Source: an uncultured virus (IMG/VR IMGVR_UViG_3300031689_000528) (lineage: Duplodnaviria; Heunggongvirae; Uroviricota; Caudoviricetes). From it: a DNA stretch of 64,000 nucleotides. The stretch is taken from the IMG/VR virus record IMGVR_UViG_3300031689_000528, one strand, 5' to 3'. Made by a program: the position numbers and the translations under genes. The notes under the pieces are model-generated. The model was not told where the DNA came from and did not search any database. It saw only the letters and a program-made list of their open reading frames with translations. Position 1 is the stretch's first letter. Each line of letters opens with the position of its first letter. This document shows positions 46,386-56,111 of this stretch, in pieces.

Positions 46386-48688
46386 TAACAAATTTTAAAG
46401 ACTACATAATCAAAGAAAGTATTATAGATATACCTAGAAGAACATATGCACCAGCTGTGTTTGATAATGCAGATACTAAAAAACCTACAATAAAAAAGAG
46501 TGTTCTAAAACAGATTGACGATCAAATTTTTCAATTTAAAAAAGAATATCCTGTTTTAAAGGTTGCTTTAATTGGTTCAATACTAACACATAGATATAGA
46601 AATGACGCAGACTTGGACATTAATATACTGTTTGATATACCAAAAGAAAAACAAGAACAAGAAAGAGTTGACCTTTCTCAAAAGTATTTGTCAGCAAAGA
46701 ACCCAAAAAATATTCAAGGTAAATTAATACCAGGTACACAACACCCTATTAACTATTACTTTATTACAGATGAAGAAACTTACGATGATCAAAACAAAAA
46801 AGCAGACGCAGTATTTGATATAACAAATAATAAATTTGTTAAGAAACCTGACGATTTTGTATTTGATACTAATCTATATGTACAAGAGTTTGAAAGAAAA
46901 GTACAAGAGTTAGACGTAGTTAAAGGCGAATTAAAAAGAGACATTATAGATTATAATGAATTAACAGAATTAAAACCTAACGACATTTTAAATCTACAAG
47001 AAAAGATTAATGAAAAGTTAGATGAAATAGAAGATAGTATCAGTGATATAATTAAAATCGGAGATGTTGTAGACGCCGAAAGAAGATCAGCATTTAATAC
47101 TGACATGTCACCAGATGAAATTAGAAAATTCGGTGTTAAGAATAGATTACCTAAAAATGTTATCTATAAGATGTTAGAAAAATACCATTACTTAAAGTTC
47201 TACAAAAAATGTAAAATGATTTTAGATGATGGTAAAGTTACAGACGATGAAATTAAATCTTTAAGAATAGAAGACGTTGATGGTATGAGTGCAGAATCAA
47301 TTGCCTCAGCATGGTCTGATATAATTAGAAGAACAATTAAGGCACCTAGAATGAAAGCCGGCATTGAACTGTACATGAAATATCTAAAACAAGGTATGAA
47401 AGACGCCAAGAATAAGGCAGCTCAACATGCTGGTATAGATTACAATGAATTTGGTAAGGCAGTGACAGACGCTGGGTTACCTGAACAAGTTACTGAAGCA
47501 GTCGTTGCTACTAAAGAGGTTGCATTTACATTTGGTAGATTTAATCCACCTACAATAGGTCACGAAAAACTTATTAAGAAAGTTGCTCAGGCAGCCAAAG
47601 ATTATAAAGTATTTTTAAGTAGAAGTGAAGATACTAAAAAGAATCCATTATCTCCTAGTGAGAAATTATCTTACATGAAAAAGATGTTTCCTACACACGC
47701 AAGAAACATAGAGATTAATAAATCAAATATGATATTAGATATTGCTACTACGTTATTTAAGAAAGGTTACAACGTTCTTAAAATGGTTGTAGGTAGTGAT
47801 AGAGTAAGTGAGTTTAAAGGTATACTTACAAAATATAACGATGTTCAAAGTAGACATGGTTACTATGATTTTAAAAAGATAGAAGTTATATCTGCCGGTG
47901 AAAGAGATCCGGATGCCGATGGCGCCTCTGGTATGAGTGCAAGTAAAATGAGAGCTGCAGCTGCCAAAGGAGACTTAAAAGATTTTGCAAAAGGTTTACC
48001 AAGAGGTGTAAACGCAGACGCATTAATGAAAGATGTTAGAAAAGGAATGAACATCAAAGAAGAAATTCAAAACAATAAACCAACAATGAGTTTAGTTGAA
48101 TTTGAACAACAACAAATAAGAGACCTTTATTTAAGAGACATGATCTTCAACATTGGAGAAAAAGTTACCTATGTCAAAGAAGATATGCAAGGTACAGTTA
48201 AAAGAAAAGGTACAAATTATATTGTCCTAGAGGACAATCAAAACAATTTACACAAATGCTGGATATGGGATTGTATTCCTATCGCAAGTGACAAAGAGGT
48301 TGCAGTGAGAGAACATAACTTAAACGTAGACTATGGCTTTAGAGCCGTTTCAGAGGATACCTTTAAGGAACAGAAATACAAAAAGATATTTGGTGATTTA
48401 AAGAAAGAGATCAGTATGAAATTTGAGAAAGAATCGTATGAAATAGGCGCCGACTATGCCAATCATACTAAAGAAATGACACCTGGTGAGAAACCAGACG
48501 CTAAACCTATTGACGCCAAGCAGAGAGGTTACCCTACACAACCAGATTTAGATACAAAAATATCTGAAATAAATGTAAAAGAATGGGCTTCTTCAGGTGA
48601 AACAATAGATAAATATAAACAAAGATTTAAAGAGGAATGGAAAGTAAAGCTTGATCAGGCTGTGACAAAAATGATTAATGACTTATAG
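46382..48688 (+). CDS. multidomain protein: Pol-beta-type nucleotidyltransferase plus HIGH-type cytidylyltransferase-like domain
   Basis: IGSI...DADLDINI; FGRFNPPTIGH, VGSDR, MSASKMR. Confidence 0.8.
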   Translation: MITNFKDYIIKESIIDIPRRTYAPAVFDNADTKKPTIKKSVLKQIDDQIFQFKKEYPVLKVALIGSILTHRYRNDADLDINILFDIPKEKQEQERVDLSQKYLSAKNPKNIQGKLIPGTQHPINYYFITDEETYDDQNKKADAVFDITNNKFVKKPDDFVFDTNLYVQEFERKVQELDVVKGELKRDIIDYNELTELKPNDILNLQEKINEKLDEIEDSISDIIKIGDVVDAERRSAFNTDMSPDEIRKFGVKNRLPKNVIYKMLEKYHYLKFYKKCKMILDDGKVTDDEIKSLRIEDVDGMSAESIASAWSDIIRRTIKAPRMKAGIELYMKYLKQGMKDAKNKAAQHAGIDYNEFGKAVTDAGLPEQVTEAVVATKEVAFTFGRFNPPTIGHEKLIKKVAQAAKDYKVFLSRSEDTKKNPLSPSEKLSYMKKMFPTHARNIEINKSNMILDIATTLFKKGYNVLKMVVGSDRVSEFKGILTKYNDVQSRHGYYDFKKIEVISAGERDPDADGASGMSASKMRAAAAKGDLKDFAKGLPRGVNADALMKDVRKGMNIKEEIQNNKPTMSLVEFEQQQIRDLYLRDMIFNIGEKVTYVKEDMQGTVKRKGTNYIVLEDNQNNLHKCWIWDCIPIASDKEVAVREHNLNVDYGFRAVSEDTFKEQKYKKIFGDLKKEISMKFEKESYEIGADYANHTKEMTPGEKPDAKPIDAKQRGYPTQPDLDTKISEINVKEWASSGETIDKYKQRFKEEWKVKLDQAVTKMINDL

Positions 48689-48710
48689 ACCACCCAAACA
48701 AAGGAATAAA

Positions 48711-50477
48711 ATGAGCAGCTATAGAAAAACAATGGCAGAGGCAATGCAGGAAGTAAATGCAATTAGCCAAGAACGACAAGATAAGAATTTATTAGAGAAC
48801 GTTCTAATGGGTACTCTTAAAGATAATCAATTGGCCAACCTTAAAAAAGTATGGGCAAATAAATCTATGAAAGATGTAACACCAGGTCTTAAAGCTACAA
48901 TAGCTAAAATGGACATGCCTACTAAAGTTGCAATCGCAGGTGCAGGAATTAATGTACTTAAAGATATAGTATTCAAAGAAGAAGACGCTTACGATAAAGA
49001 CGATGAGAAACCAAAGACTAAACCTAAACCTAAACCTAAAAAATTACAGGCGTCTTATGAAGAAGTAGAACTACAAGCAATACTAGACGAAAAATTTACA
49101 GTACAAATTACTAAAAAAGATGGTTCAACAATGGAACTAGGAAGATATAATACTTCACATGAAGCACAAAGATATGTTGACATGTATGGTAAAGGTGCTA
49201 AGGTTGTTAAAGAAGAAAATTTCCACGAAGGCAAGATGAGCCAGATATATGCAATGGACCAAGATGGTGCAAGTGCAACCGAAATTGCTAAAGCATTAAA
49301 AGTTTCAACAAAAACAGTTGAAGATATACTTGGTGAAGACAAAAAAGATTTAGACGAGTCTTTTTCTCCTGCTATGTTACAAAAATTAAAAACTGAATTT
49401 GGTCCTTTAAAAGGCAAAACAATTAACGCTGCTCAGGCAAGACAGTTGATGAACATTTTAGATAAATTAAATGATAAAGGTTTAGAAACTTTAAAAGGTG
49501 CAGGTATACCTTTTGTTTCATCTGGTGCAATGTCTAAACTTTCAGTAAGAAATATGAAATTCAAAGTAACTACACTCAATCCAATGAAAGAAGAATCTTG
49601 TGGTTGTGATTGTGGTAAAAGTCCTTGTACATCATGTGGTAAAGATCATCACAAAGTTGAAGAATCTTATACAGTAAAATATGTAGACCCTTTAAATAAA
49701 AAGAACTTACGTATGAAACATGCTGATAAGAAAGACGCACAAGATATGATGGATAGATTGAAAAAAGATGGTGTTAAAGAGATAGAGATAGTAAAAGAAG
49801 GTTCAAGTGCTTTCTCACCTACTAAAAAGTTTTCAGATCAAGAAATTAAACAAGCATATGGTATTGCAAATGACCCACGTTACAAAGGTGGTAACTATTC
49901 AGGTGCAGTTACAGCTATTGAGAAAATAGCAAAAGGATTATCATCATATCCAGCAGTACAAAATGTTTTAAAAAGAACTAATGAAGATGTACCAGCAGGC
50001 TCTCATAAAATGCCTGATGGAACTATTATGAAAGACAAAGATCATAAGAAAGAAGTTGAAGAAGATAGCGATCCTTGTTGGGATAGCCATAAAATGGTCG
50101 GTATGAAATCTAAAGGTGGCAAACAAGTACCAAACTGTGTACCTAAAGAAGAAACACAAGATGGTGCTAAGAAATTAGTTGCTAAAATTATGAAAGAAAA
50201 ATTTGGTGCAACAAAAGATTTAACAGAAGCAAGATGGGAAATAGAAGGTAAATTAAGTTACAAAGGAATAGGTAGCTATGATAACTTTCATATGGTCGTT
50301 GACGCTCCTAACAAAGACAAAGCCGAAGATAAGGCATATAGCGAGTTAGATAAAGCAAGAGCAAGAAAAAAAATAGGACCAGGTGGTGGCGGTAGAGTTG
50401 AAGACGCTGAAGTTGAGTCAATAGAAAAAACTAACGATAAGTTATCAGCTCCTGAAACTTACCAAGGAGGAAATTAA
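48711..50477 (+). CDS. large mosaic charged protein, probably internal head protein
   Basis: Short modules separated by hydrophobic-x-E sites; PCW...VPNCVP motif; start could be 48678. Confidence 0.55.
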   Translation: MSSYRKTMAEAMQEVNAISQERQDKNLLENVLMGTLKDNQLANLKKVWANKSMKDVTPGLKATIAKMDMPTKVAIAGAGINVLKDIVFKEEDAYDKDDEKPKTKPKPKPKKLQASYEEVELQAILDEKFTVQITKKDGSTMELGRYNTSHEAQRYVDMYGKGAKVVKEENFHEGKMSQIYAMDQDGASATEIAKALKVSTKTVEDILGEDKKDLDESFSPAMLQKLKTEFGPLKGKTINAAQARQLMNILDKLNDKGLETLKGAGIPFVSSGAMSKLSVRNMKFKVTTLNPMKEESCGCDCGKSPCTSCGKDHHKVEESYTVKYVDPLNKKNLRMKHADKKDAQDMMDRLKKDGVKEIEIVKEGSSAFSPTKKFSDQEIKQAYGIANDPRYKGGNYSGAVTAIEKIAKGLSSYPAVQNVLKRTNEDVPAGSHKMPDGTIMKDKDHKKEVEEDSDPCWDSHKMVGMKSKGGKQVPNCVPKEETQDGAKKLVAKIMKEKFGATKDLTEARWEIEGKLSYKGIGSYDNFHMVVDAPNKDKAEDKAYSELDKARARKKIGPGGGGRVEDAEVESIEKTNDKLSAPETYQGGN

Positions 50478-50479
50478 AC

Positions 50480-51193
50480 ATGAAAAAAGATTATTTTAAA
50501 AGTAAACCAAATAGCCTAGAAGCTATGGCTAAAGATATGCAAATACACACTAACGAGTCTGATTACCAAGATAAATTCAAATCTGAATTAGGTAAGACAG
50601 GTAAATCAGGTATTGGTAGTATGACACCAAAAGAAAAAACTGCCTTCTTTACTAAAATAGATAAAATGCATACGGCAAAGAACGAAATTAAAGAAGACGT
50701 ATCAGTTTGGGAACAAGCAGCTGACGACAAAGAGAAGTTAGCTAAAGAAGCAAAGTATTTAAAAGTTGAAGACAAAGACAAAGCAATTCCACCAATAGAT
50801 AAAGACAATAAACCTGGTGTTAAGATCGCTAAGATTAGAGCAATGAAAGACGGCGAAGATAAAGGCGAAGAAGATGTTGAAAAACTTAAAGGTCAAGTTG
50901 ATCTATTGAAAGTAAAATTAGAAAACGAAAAAAACAAAGCAGTTAAACCAGTACCTAACAAAGATACAGGAGAAGTACCTCTATCAGTTGGTATTGCATA
51001 CAAGCATTTAAGAGATAAGATGAAAACTGAAACTGCTGATGTACCTAATAGAGGCAGTAAAGAGAAAGAGTCTCTTTCACTAGATACTCCAGTACAAAAA
51101 GATAAGGTTCTTCCGAAAGACAAGGGTAAAACTATGACGAAGCAACCTCAAACAGACGTAGAACTTAATCCTAAACTTAACTTATCATTTTAA
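50480..51193 (+). CDS. hypothetical K/E-rich protein
   Basis: AGGAGG RBS; long ORF. Confidence 0.65.
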   Translation: MKKDYFKSKPNSLEAMAKDMQIHTNESDYQDKFKSELGKTGKSGIGSMTPKEKTAFFTKIDKMHTAKNEIKEDVSVWEQAADDKEKLAKEAKYLKVEDKDKAIPPIDKDNKPGVKIAKIRAMKDGEDKGEEDVEKLKGQVDLLKVKLENEKNKAVKPVPNKDTGEVPLSVGIAYKHLRDKMKTETADVPNRGSKEKESLSLDTPVQKDKVLPKDKGKTMTKQPQTDVELNPKLNLSF

Positions 51194-51211
51194 TCTAGGT
51201 ATAATCTTATT

Positions 51212-51706
51212 ATGGATAAATTGCCTAGAATATATTGTGATATGGACGGTGTTCTTTGCGACTTTGTAAAAGGCATTGAGAAGTTACATAAGATTAAAAT
51301 TTCCAACTGGTCATATGGTAGTAAGCAAGAAAAATGGTCTCTAGTAAAGAGTACACCTAAATTCTGGCACACATTACCATGGCACACAGGTGCAAGACAA
51401 CTATGGTCTTACATAAAGAAACACGATACTCATATACTATCAGCATACGTAGAAGAAAGCTTTGATCCTAACTGTATACCAGGGAAAAGATATTGGGCAA
51501 CGACAAATCTTGGTCTAGGACGTACCAAAATCAATCTAGTTAGAAGATCAGAGAAGCAACAGTACGCAAAATACAATGGTCAACCAGCCATTTTGATAGA
51601 TGACTACAAGAAAAACACAGACCAATTCACTGCCAGAGGTGGCATAGGAATTGTACACACCTCAACATCAAATACTATCCGACAGCTTAAACAGCTAGGT
51701 TTTTAA
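51212..51706 (+). CDS. HAD-family 5'(3')-nucleotidase-like phosphatase
   Basis: YCDMDGVL, ILSA, GK, LIDD. Confidence 0.88.
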   Translation: MDKLPRIYCDMDGVLCDFVKGIEKLHKIKISNWSYGSKQEKWSLVKSTPKFWHTLPWHTGARQLWSYIKKHDTHILSAYVEESFDPNCIPGKRYWATTNLGLGRTKINLVRRSEKQQYAKYNGQPAILIDDYKKNTDQFTARGGIGIVHTSTSNTIRQLKQLGF

Positions 51707-51718
51707 ATATAAAACTCT

Positions 51719-51726
51719 TATAAATA
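51719..51726 (+). promoter_or_regulatory. late promoter TATAAATA
   Basis: Exact consensus before the structural-like gene at 51775. Confidence 0.75.
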
Positions 51727-51774
51727 CCAGTGTTATAACAACAAAGTTAATTAATTAATTAAGGAGAAAACAAT

Positions 51775-52347
51775 ATGGCTTTATGGGGAAACGATATTAA
51801 ACCCAAGAACCTAACTACGGCTGAGAAAAAGGAAGTATACGCTACTTCTTCAGGCTGGGTTAGAGAAGCGGGTTCTATTCTTTCAGGTAATGATAACACG
51901 GCTGCTACACCAGAAGTTTTGGTTGCAGTAAACCAACTTGCAACACTTATGGGTTCAGGTAACATCACTGAAATAGAATTTATTACGACAGCATTTGATA
52001 AATCTGCTGGCGCAACACTACAAGCAAGAGTAAGATTTAATGAAGACGTAACTGTAACAGGTACACCACAATTATCAGTAGTAAATGGTAATGAAGGTGC
52101 TGGAACAGGTAGAGGTCCTCACGTATTATCTTATACTGCTGGAACAAATAGTAACGAATTGACATTTAGTTTAGTAATTGCAGCTGACAACGCTGCTACT
52201 AATGCTGACGATGTACTAACAATCGGTACTAACGCATTGGCACTTAACGGTGGTACAGTAAAAGATAGAGGTACGGCAACGAACTCTACAATTACTAACG
52301 CTGCTAGTATAGGTACTGCTGCTGGTTCAATTACAGTTGTAGCATAA
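51775..52347 (+). CDS. putative virion structural protein (beta-rich, Ig-like)
   Basis: MALWG N-terminus, FNEDVTVTGTP; T/A/G-rich; late promoter. Confidence 0.65.
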   Translation: MALWGNDIKPKNLTTAEKKEVYATSSGWVREAGSILSGNDNTAATPEVLVAVNQLATLMGSGNITEIEFITTAFDKSAGATLQARVRFNEDVTVTGTPQLSVVNGNEGAGTGRGPHVLSYTAGTNSNELTFSLVIAADNAATNADDVLTIGTNALALNGGTVKDRGTATNSTITNAASIGTAAGSITVVA

Positions 52348-52478
52348 TAAACAAGTTTGAACACAACATGGTATTCGTACCGAATTGTTAGAAAAATATT
52401 TTGATTTTAACAAGTGTGGAACTTAAATTATAGAAGAAAAAACTATAAATTAAATTAAAATAAAGGAAACAAAAAACA

Positions 52479-52895
52479 ATGGCAAACATTACAAAAATAC
52501 ACCTAGAAGATTCTGATGATTTCAACAGAGTTGCTGGTGGAAAAGTTAAAAGTACAGTTACATTCAATGAAGATGTACTCGTAACAGGTAACCCTTACTT
52601 AAATATGGTAGTTGACATGACTAACGGTCCTGCTGTAAGTGAAGGCAACAGTGCGAGAGTAGCTTGGTTAGATTACGTATCTGGTTCAGGTACAGACGAG
52701 TTAGTATTTGAAATAACTTTAGGTGCTGATGATGTAAAATCAGGACAAGAAGGTGACGTACTTAAATTTGGTACAAATGCTTTAGCATTAAACAATGGCA
52801 CAATTAAAGACAGAGAAGACGCAGACGCTACTATTACAAATAGTCAAGCAATTGCTGACGCTGCTGGTAGTTGTGACGTTTACGCTCCGGCATAG
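52479..52895 (+). CDS. paralog of the C-terminal domain of 51775-52347
   Basis: Shared FNEDV.VTG.P.L, GTNALALN.GT.KDR, TITN...AAGS. Confidence 0.7.
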   Translation: MANITKIHLEDSDDFNRVAGGKVKSTVTFNEDVLVTGNPYLNMVVDMTNGPAVSEGNSARVAWLDYVSGSGTDELVFEITLGADDVKSGQEGDVLKFGTNALALNNGTIKDREDADATITNSQAIADAAGSCDVYAPA

Positions 52896-52906
52896 TAACA
52901 CAATTA

Positions 52907-52934
52907 ATATAGGGGTCCTAAAAAGCCCCTATAT
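52907..52934 (+). terminator. hairpin after the 52479 ORF
   Basis: ATATAGGGG/CCCCTATAT stem; no clear U tail. Confidence 0.4.
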
Positions 52935-53013
52935 AATATAACAACAATGATGTAGTCAAATGGCTACAGTACAATTCCCTTAATACATATGGGGTTTATA
53001 GGAGAAACAAAAA

Positions 53014-53475
53014 ATGGCAGACAAAAAAGTAACACAACTTTCAGACCTAGGTAACGGTCTTGATAAAGTAGATTTATTTCACGTGATAGATGATCCAGCT
53101 GGAACACCAATCAATAAAAAAATATCAGCTGAAAAAATCTTTAATAACGTTCCAACTTGGATCGCATTAAAACAAACAGCACAAACAGTTACAGCAAGTG
53201 GGTCAGCACAAGCAGCCGATCTATTAACAGCAGTAACTTTGATTGACGCTACTTCAGCAATTGGAACAATTTCATTAGCATCAGCGACTACAGATGGACA
53301 AATTAAGACAGTTCTTAATTCTTCAACTGGTGGTACTAATGCAGTGACAATAACACCAGCTAACTTTAAACAAGGTACAACAGTTACATTAAATGCTCCA
53401 GGTGAGTCAGTAACTATGATGTATAAATCATCTTTCTGGTATGTAATATCAGGAGAAGGTCACGTAGTAGCATAA
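53014..53475 (+). CDS. putative virion structural protein
   Basis: MADKKVTQL...INKKIS N-terminal pattern, recalled from fibre/structural proteins. Confidence 0.6.
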   Translation: MADKKVTQLSDLGNGLDKVDLFHVIDDPAGTPINKKISAEKIFNNVPTWIALKQTAQTVTASGSAQAADLLTAVTLIDATSAIGTISLASATTDGQIKTVLNSSTGGTNAVTITPANFKQGTTVTLNAPGESVTMMYKSSFWYVISGEGHVVA

Positions 53476-53490
53476 CATATAGGATAAATT

Positions 53491-53685
53491 ATGATAATTG
53501 ATGAAAAACTATTAACAACGGAAAGAGAATCTTTAGTTCAAGAATTTGAAACTCTTTCTACTAAAATAAAAAGTGTAGACATGAATTTAGCACAGATGAA
53601 AGGCAATTTAAATGCTTTAAACGGTGCTATTCAACAAATGGATAAACTTATAAAATTAGGAAATCAAACAGATGAAAAAATTTAA
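53491..53685 (+). CDS. small coiled-coil protein
   Basis: Heptad pattern LNALNGAIQ. Confidence 0.55.
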   Translation: MIIDEKLLTTERESLVQEFETLSTKIKSVDMNLAQMKGNLNALNGAIQQMDKLIKLGNQTDEKI

Positions 53686-53815
53686 ATCTTTCGTAGAAGA
53701 AAAAGATTTGAAGGAATTTGAGGAGGATGTTTTAGCAGGTGGTAATAAGTCTGCTGAAACACCCGATCCAGATAAACAAATTAAAAAGGAAAACAAAGAA
53801 GATGAAAACGTTTAA
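53672..53815 (+). CDS. 47-aa charged peptide starting MKKFKSFVEE
   Basis: Open frame overlapping both neighbours; capsid-targeting-like N-terminus; not in the ORF track. Confidence 0.5.
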   Translation: MKKFKSFVEEKDLKEFEEDVLAGGNKSAETPDPDKQIKKENKEDENV

Positions 53816-54227
53816 AAAATACATACACGAGGGTGTTGATGGTGTTGGTGTTGAAACGGCTAACAGTCCTGCTGATAGCAATATCGGTGTTCACAACATT
53901 GAAAACCCAGATGTACTTAAAAGAGTTAATGCTTTTGTAGGTGCTATCGCTGAGAGAGAATACATTAATCCATCTTTTGCAATTGACGAGTTAAGAGAAA
54001 AACTTAAAACAACAGGTTTAACTCTTGGTCCAGTTGACATGAGTGGAGATAACGGCACAGTTACAACAGAGGTGTCACAATTTGGTGGAAGATTTGGTAA
54101 GGACATAGATGGTTCTGATATTAATGATGATGGTATATCTCACAGAAAAGAGGGTGGCCTTAAACTAGAGGTTAAATACGAAACATTAAAAACAGGAACT
54201 TGTAAAGTCTACGCTAAATTGGTGTAG
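53802..54227 (+). CDS. conserved hypothetical protein starting MKTFKKYIHE
   Basis: ATG at 53802 preferred over 53739. Confidence 0.65.
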   Translation: MKTFKKYIHEGVDGVGVETANSPADSNIGVHNIENPDVLKRVNAFVGAIAEREYINPSFAIDELREKLKTTGLTLGPVDMSGDNGTVTTEVSQFGGRFGKDIDGSDINDDGISHRKEGGLKLEVKYETLKTGTCKVYAKLV

Positions 54228-54229
54228 AT

Positions 54230-54592
54230 ATGTTTAGAGAAATAACCAAAGATAACTGGTTGCTTTTTGCACAGCATTATTATGATAATCCTACTCTAGA
54301 AGATGAGAAGGAATTTTATGAAGATATTAAAAGAATAAGGTATCTCAAAAGGTTATTTCGTAAGTATAGTGTTACAGGAAACTTAAAGGTAAGACTTGTA
54401 GTTAATCACTTGATAGTTTTACAAAATGTTTTTGGAGCTGAGGTTGCAATTGCCCTACTATTGTTTAAGATAGACATGAAGTATTGGGGTATATTAAAAA
54501 CCTTTTTAGAATATTTGGAGTACATATATCCACATGAACTAAACGACCAAGAACTAGATATTAACATTAAAAAAATGTTAGAGGAACTATAA
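54230..54592 (+). CDS. conserved T4-like hypothetical protein
   Basis: YDNP...EFYEDIKRIRYLKRL...NHLIVLQNVFG. Confidence 0.75.
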   Translation: MFREITKDNWLLFAQHYYDNPTLEDEKEFYEDIKRIRYLKRLFRKYSVTGNLKVRLVVNHLIVLQNVFGAEVAIALLLFKIDMKYWGILKTFLEYLEYIYPHELNDQELDINIKKMLEEL

Positions 54593-55068
54593 TGAACAGA
54601 GGCGTAGATTTATTAATAACATATAGAATAGTAAAGATGTTAGTTACACCATTTAAAAAGCAAGCTGCTTTTAAATATGGTATAATAGATGACAAAGGTA
54701 ATGTATTAAGAAAATACAGAACCATACAAACTACAGCAGAGAAAAGATCATACTCTATGCTTCATAGATTCGTATTCAATCTTAAAAGAATATTAAGTAA
54801 AGTAGGTATTAAAGGATCTCTAGGTTCCTTTGCAGTTGCAGCCGCTTTATTATTTAAAGAAAATAAAGAAGTAGAAAAACACCAACTGGTAATAGAATCG
54901 GCAGTGATCACCTATCTCAAAATGATCGATAAATACGAAACCATGATAGCTGAAAGTATAAATATACCGACTATAGACGATACGCCAGTTACAAATTGTT
55001 TCGGCATAGATGTGTTTGAACAAAACGGAGAACTAATATCGGAGTTAGAATATGACAAAACATTATAA
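54592..55068 (+). CDS. conserved T4-like hypothetical protein
   Basis: LVTPF...AFKYGIIDDKG...RFVFNLKR. Confidence 0.75.
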   Translation: MNRGVDLLITYRIVKMLVTPFKKQAAFKYGIIDDKGNVLRKYRTIQTTAEKRSYSMLHRFVFNLKRILSKVGIKGSLGSFAVAAALLFKENKEVEKHQLVIESAVITYLKMIDKYETMIAESINIPTIDDTPVTNCFGIDVFEQNGELISELEYDKTL

Positions 55069-55414
55069 AAACATGATGGACGAAATCATCAACAAGATGG
55101 ACGAGGATGCTCCAGTGAATGCCACTGGTACTGCTGTTGCAGGAACAGGTGACGACAATAGCGTTCATACAAAGAAATCAGAGTTAACTAAAGGTATGTT
55201 AAAAAGAGACCCTTTATCTTTAGCTAAACCTGTAAAAACATTTAAAGAAAAGATTAGAGAAAGTGATGACAATAACAATATAGTTTTAAAAGGTGTGTTA
55301 GATAAAATTGATAGTATAGAAGTTAAGATTGATGAGTTAACAGAACCTAAAGGCGAATTAAAGGTAGAAGAAGTTAAAGAATATAAAACTTTCAAAAACA
55401 AATACAATGTTTAA
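55052..55414 (+). CDS. hypothetical protein
   Basis: EDAPVNA motif; internal KTFKE motif. Confidence 0.6.
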   Translation: MTKHYKNMMDEIINKMDEDAPVNATGTAVAGTGDDNSVHTKKSELTKGMLKRDPLSLAKPVKTFKEKIRESDDNNNIVLKGVLDKIDSIEVKIDELTEPKGELKVEEVKEYKTFKNKYNV

Positions 55415-55658
55415 ATTTAAATCATTTAAAGAGTACGTTGATGGTAGTCATAGCAAAACAATGCTTGCACATAAAGACCATAAAAAGAAAGAAGTTAAAG
55501 AAGTAATAGGTGCCGTTGGTGTAGTAGGACCATCAGGTCCTGGTTTAGGTCAATACAAACCAATGGCAAGTATGTCGTTACAAGCATCAGCCAAATTAAA
55601 AAATTCACCTTTACATAAGTATCTTGTATCAAAAGGAATTTTAAATGACAAAAAATAG
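55407..55658 (+). CDS. hypothetical protein starting MFKFKSFKEY
   Basis: Overlapping ORF in the operon. Confidence 0.55.
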   Translation: MFKFKSFKEYVDGSHSKTMLAHKDHKKKEVKEVIGAVGVVGPSGPGLGQYKPMASMSLQASAKLKNSPLHKYLVSKGILNDKK

Positions 55659-56109
55659 ACTAGACATATCAGATCAAACAGCTATATCAATGCCGATGAA
55701 GAATTTAATTTCTATCGTGGCCGCCGTGGCCGTCGGAGTTTGGGCATACTTTGGTGTATTAGAACGTATTACAATGTTAGAAACTAAAAGTACACTTGCA
55801 GAAAAAGACTTAACACAAGTAACTTCTACATTAGGATCCGACATAGAAAAAAATAACGAATTTAGAATTAAATGGCCGAGAGGTGAATTAGGTTCCCCAC
55901 CTGCCGATTCTGAACAGTATATGCTTATTGAACACATTGCAGGACAACTTGAAGATTTACAAGAAGGTCTACAAAAGATGATGAACAATGGCGTAAACAT
56001 AAAAAGATTACAAGAAGACGTTAAAATGTTAAGAGATGACGTTGAAAAATTAAAAGATAGTAATAGAAATATAATCTATTCAAACGGAAACGGAACAACA
56101 AAAGAGTAA
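55645..56109 (+). CDS. membrane-anchored coiled-coil protein
   Basis: TM segment LISIVAAVAVGVWAYFGV followed by a coiled coil. Confidence 0.65.
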   Translation: MTKNRLDISDQTAISMPMKNLISIVAAVAVGVWAYFGVLERITMLETKSTLAEKDLTQVTSTLGSDIEKNNEFRIKWPRGELGSPPADSEQYMLIEHIAGQLEDLQEGLQKMMNNGVNIKRLQEDVKMLRDDVEKLKDSNRNIIYSNGNGTTKE

Positions 56110-56111
56110 AT

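Noticed and set aside
49008..49043. AAACCT short tandem repeat as a phase-variation or CRISPR-like element
   Set aside because: An in-frame 6-bp unit encoding a KP linker; no spacers. No CRISPR array was seen anywhere in the window
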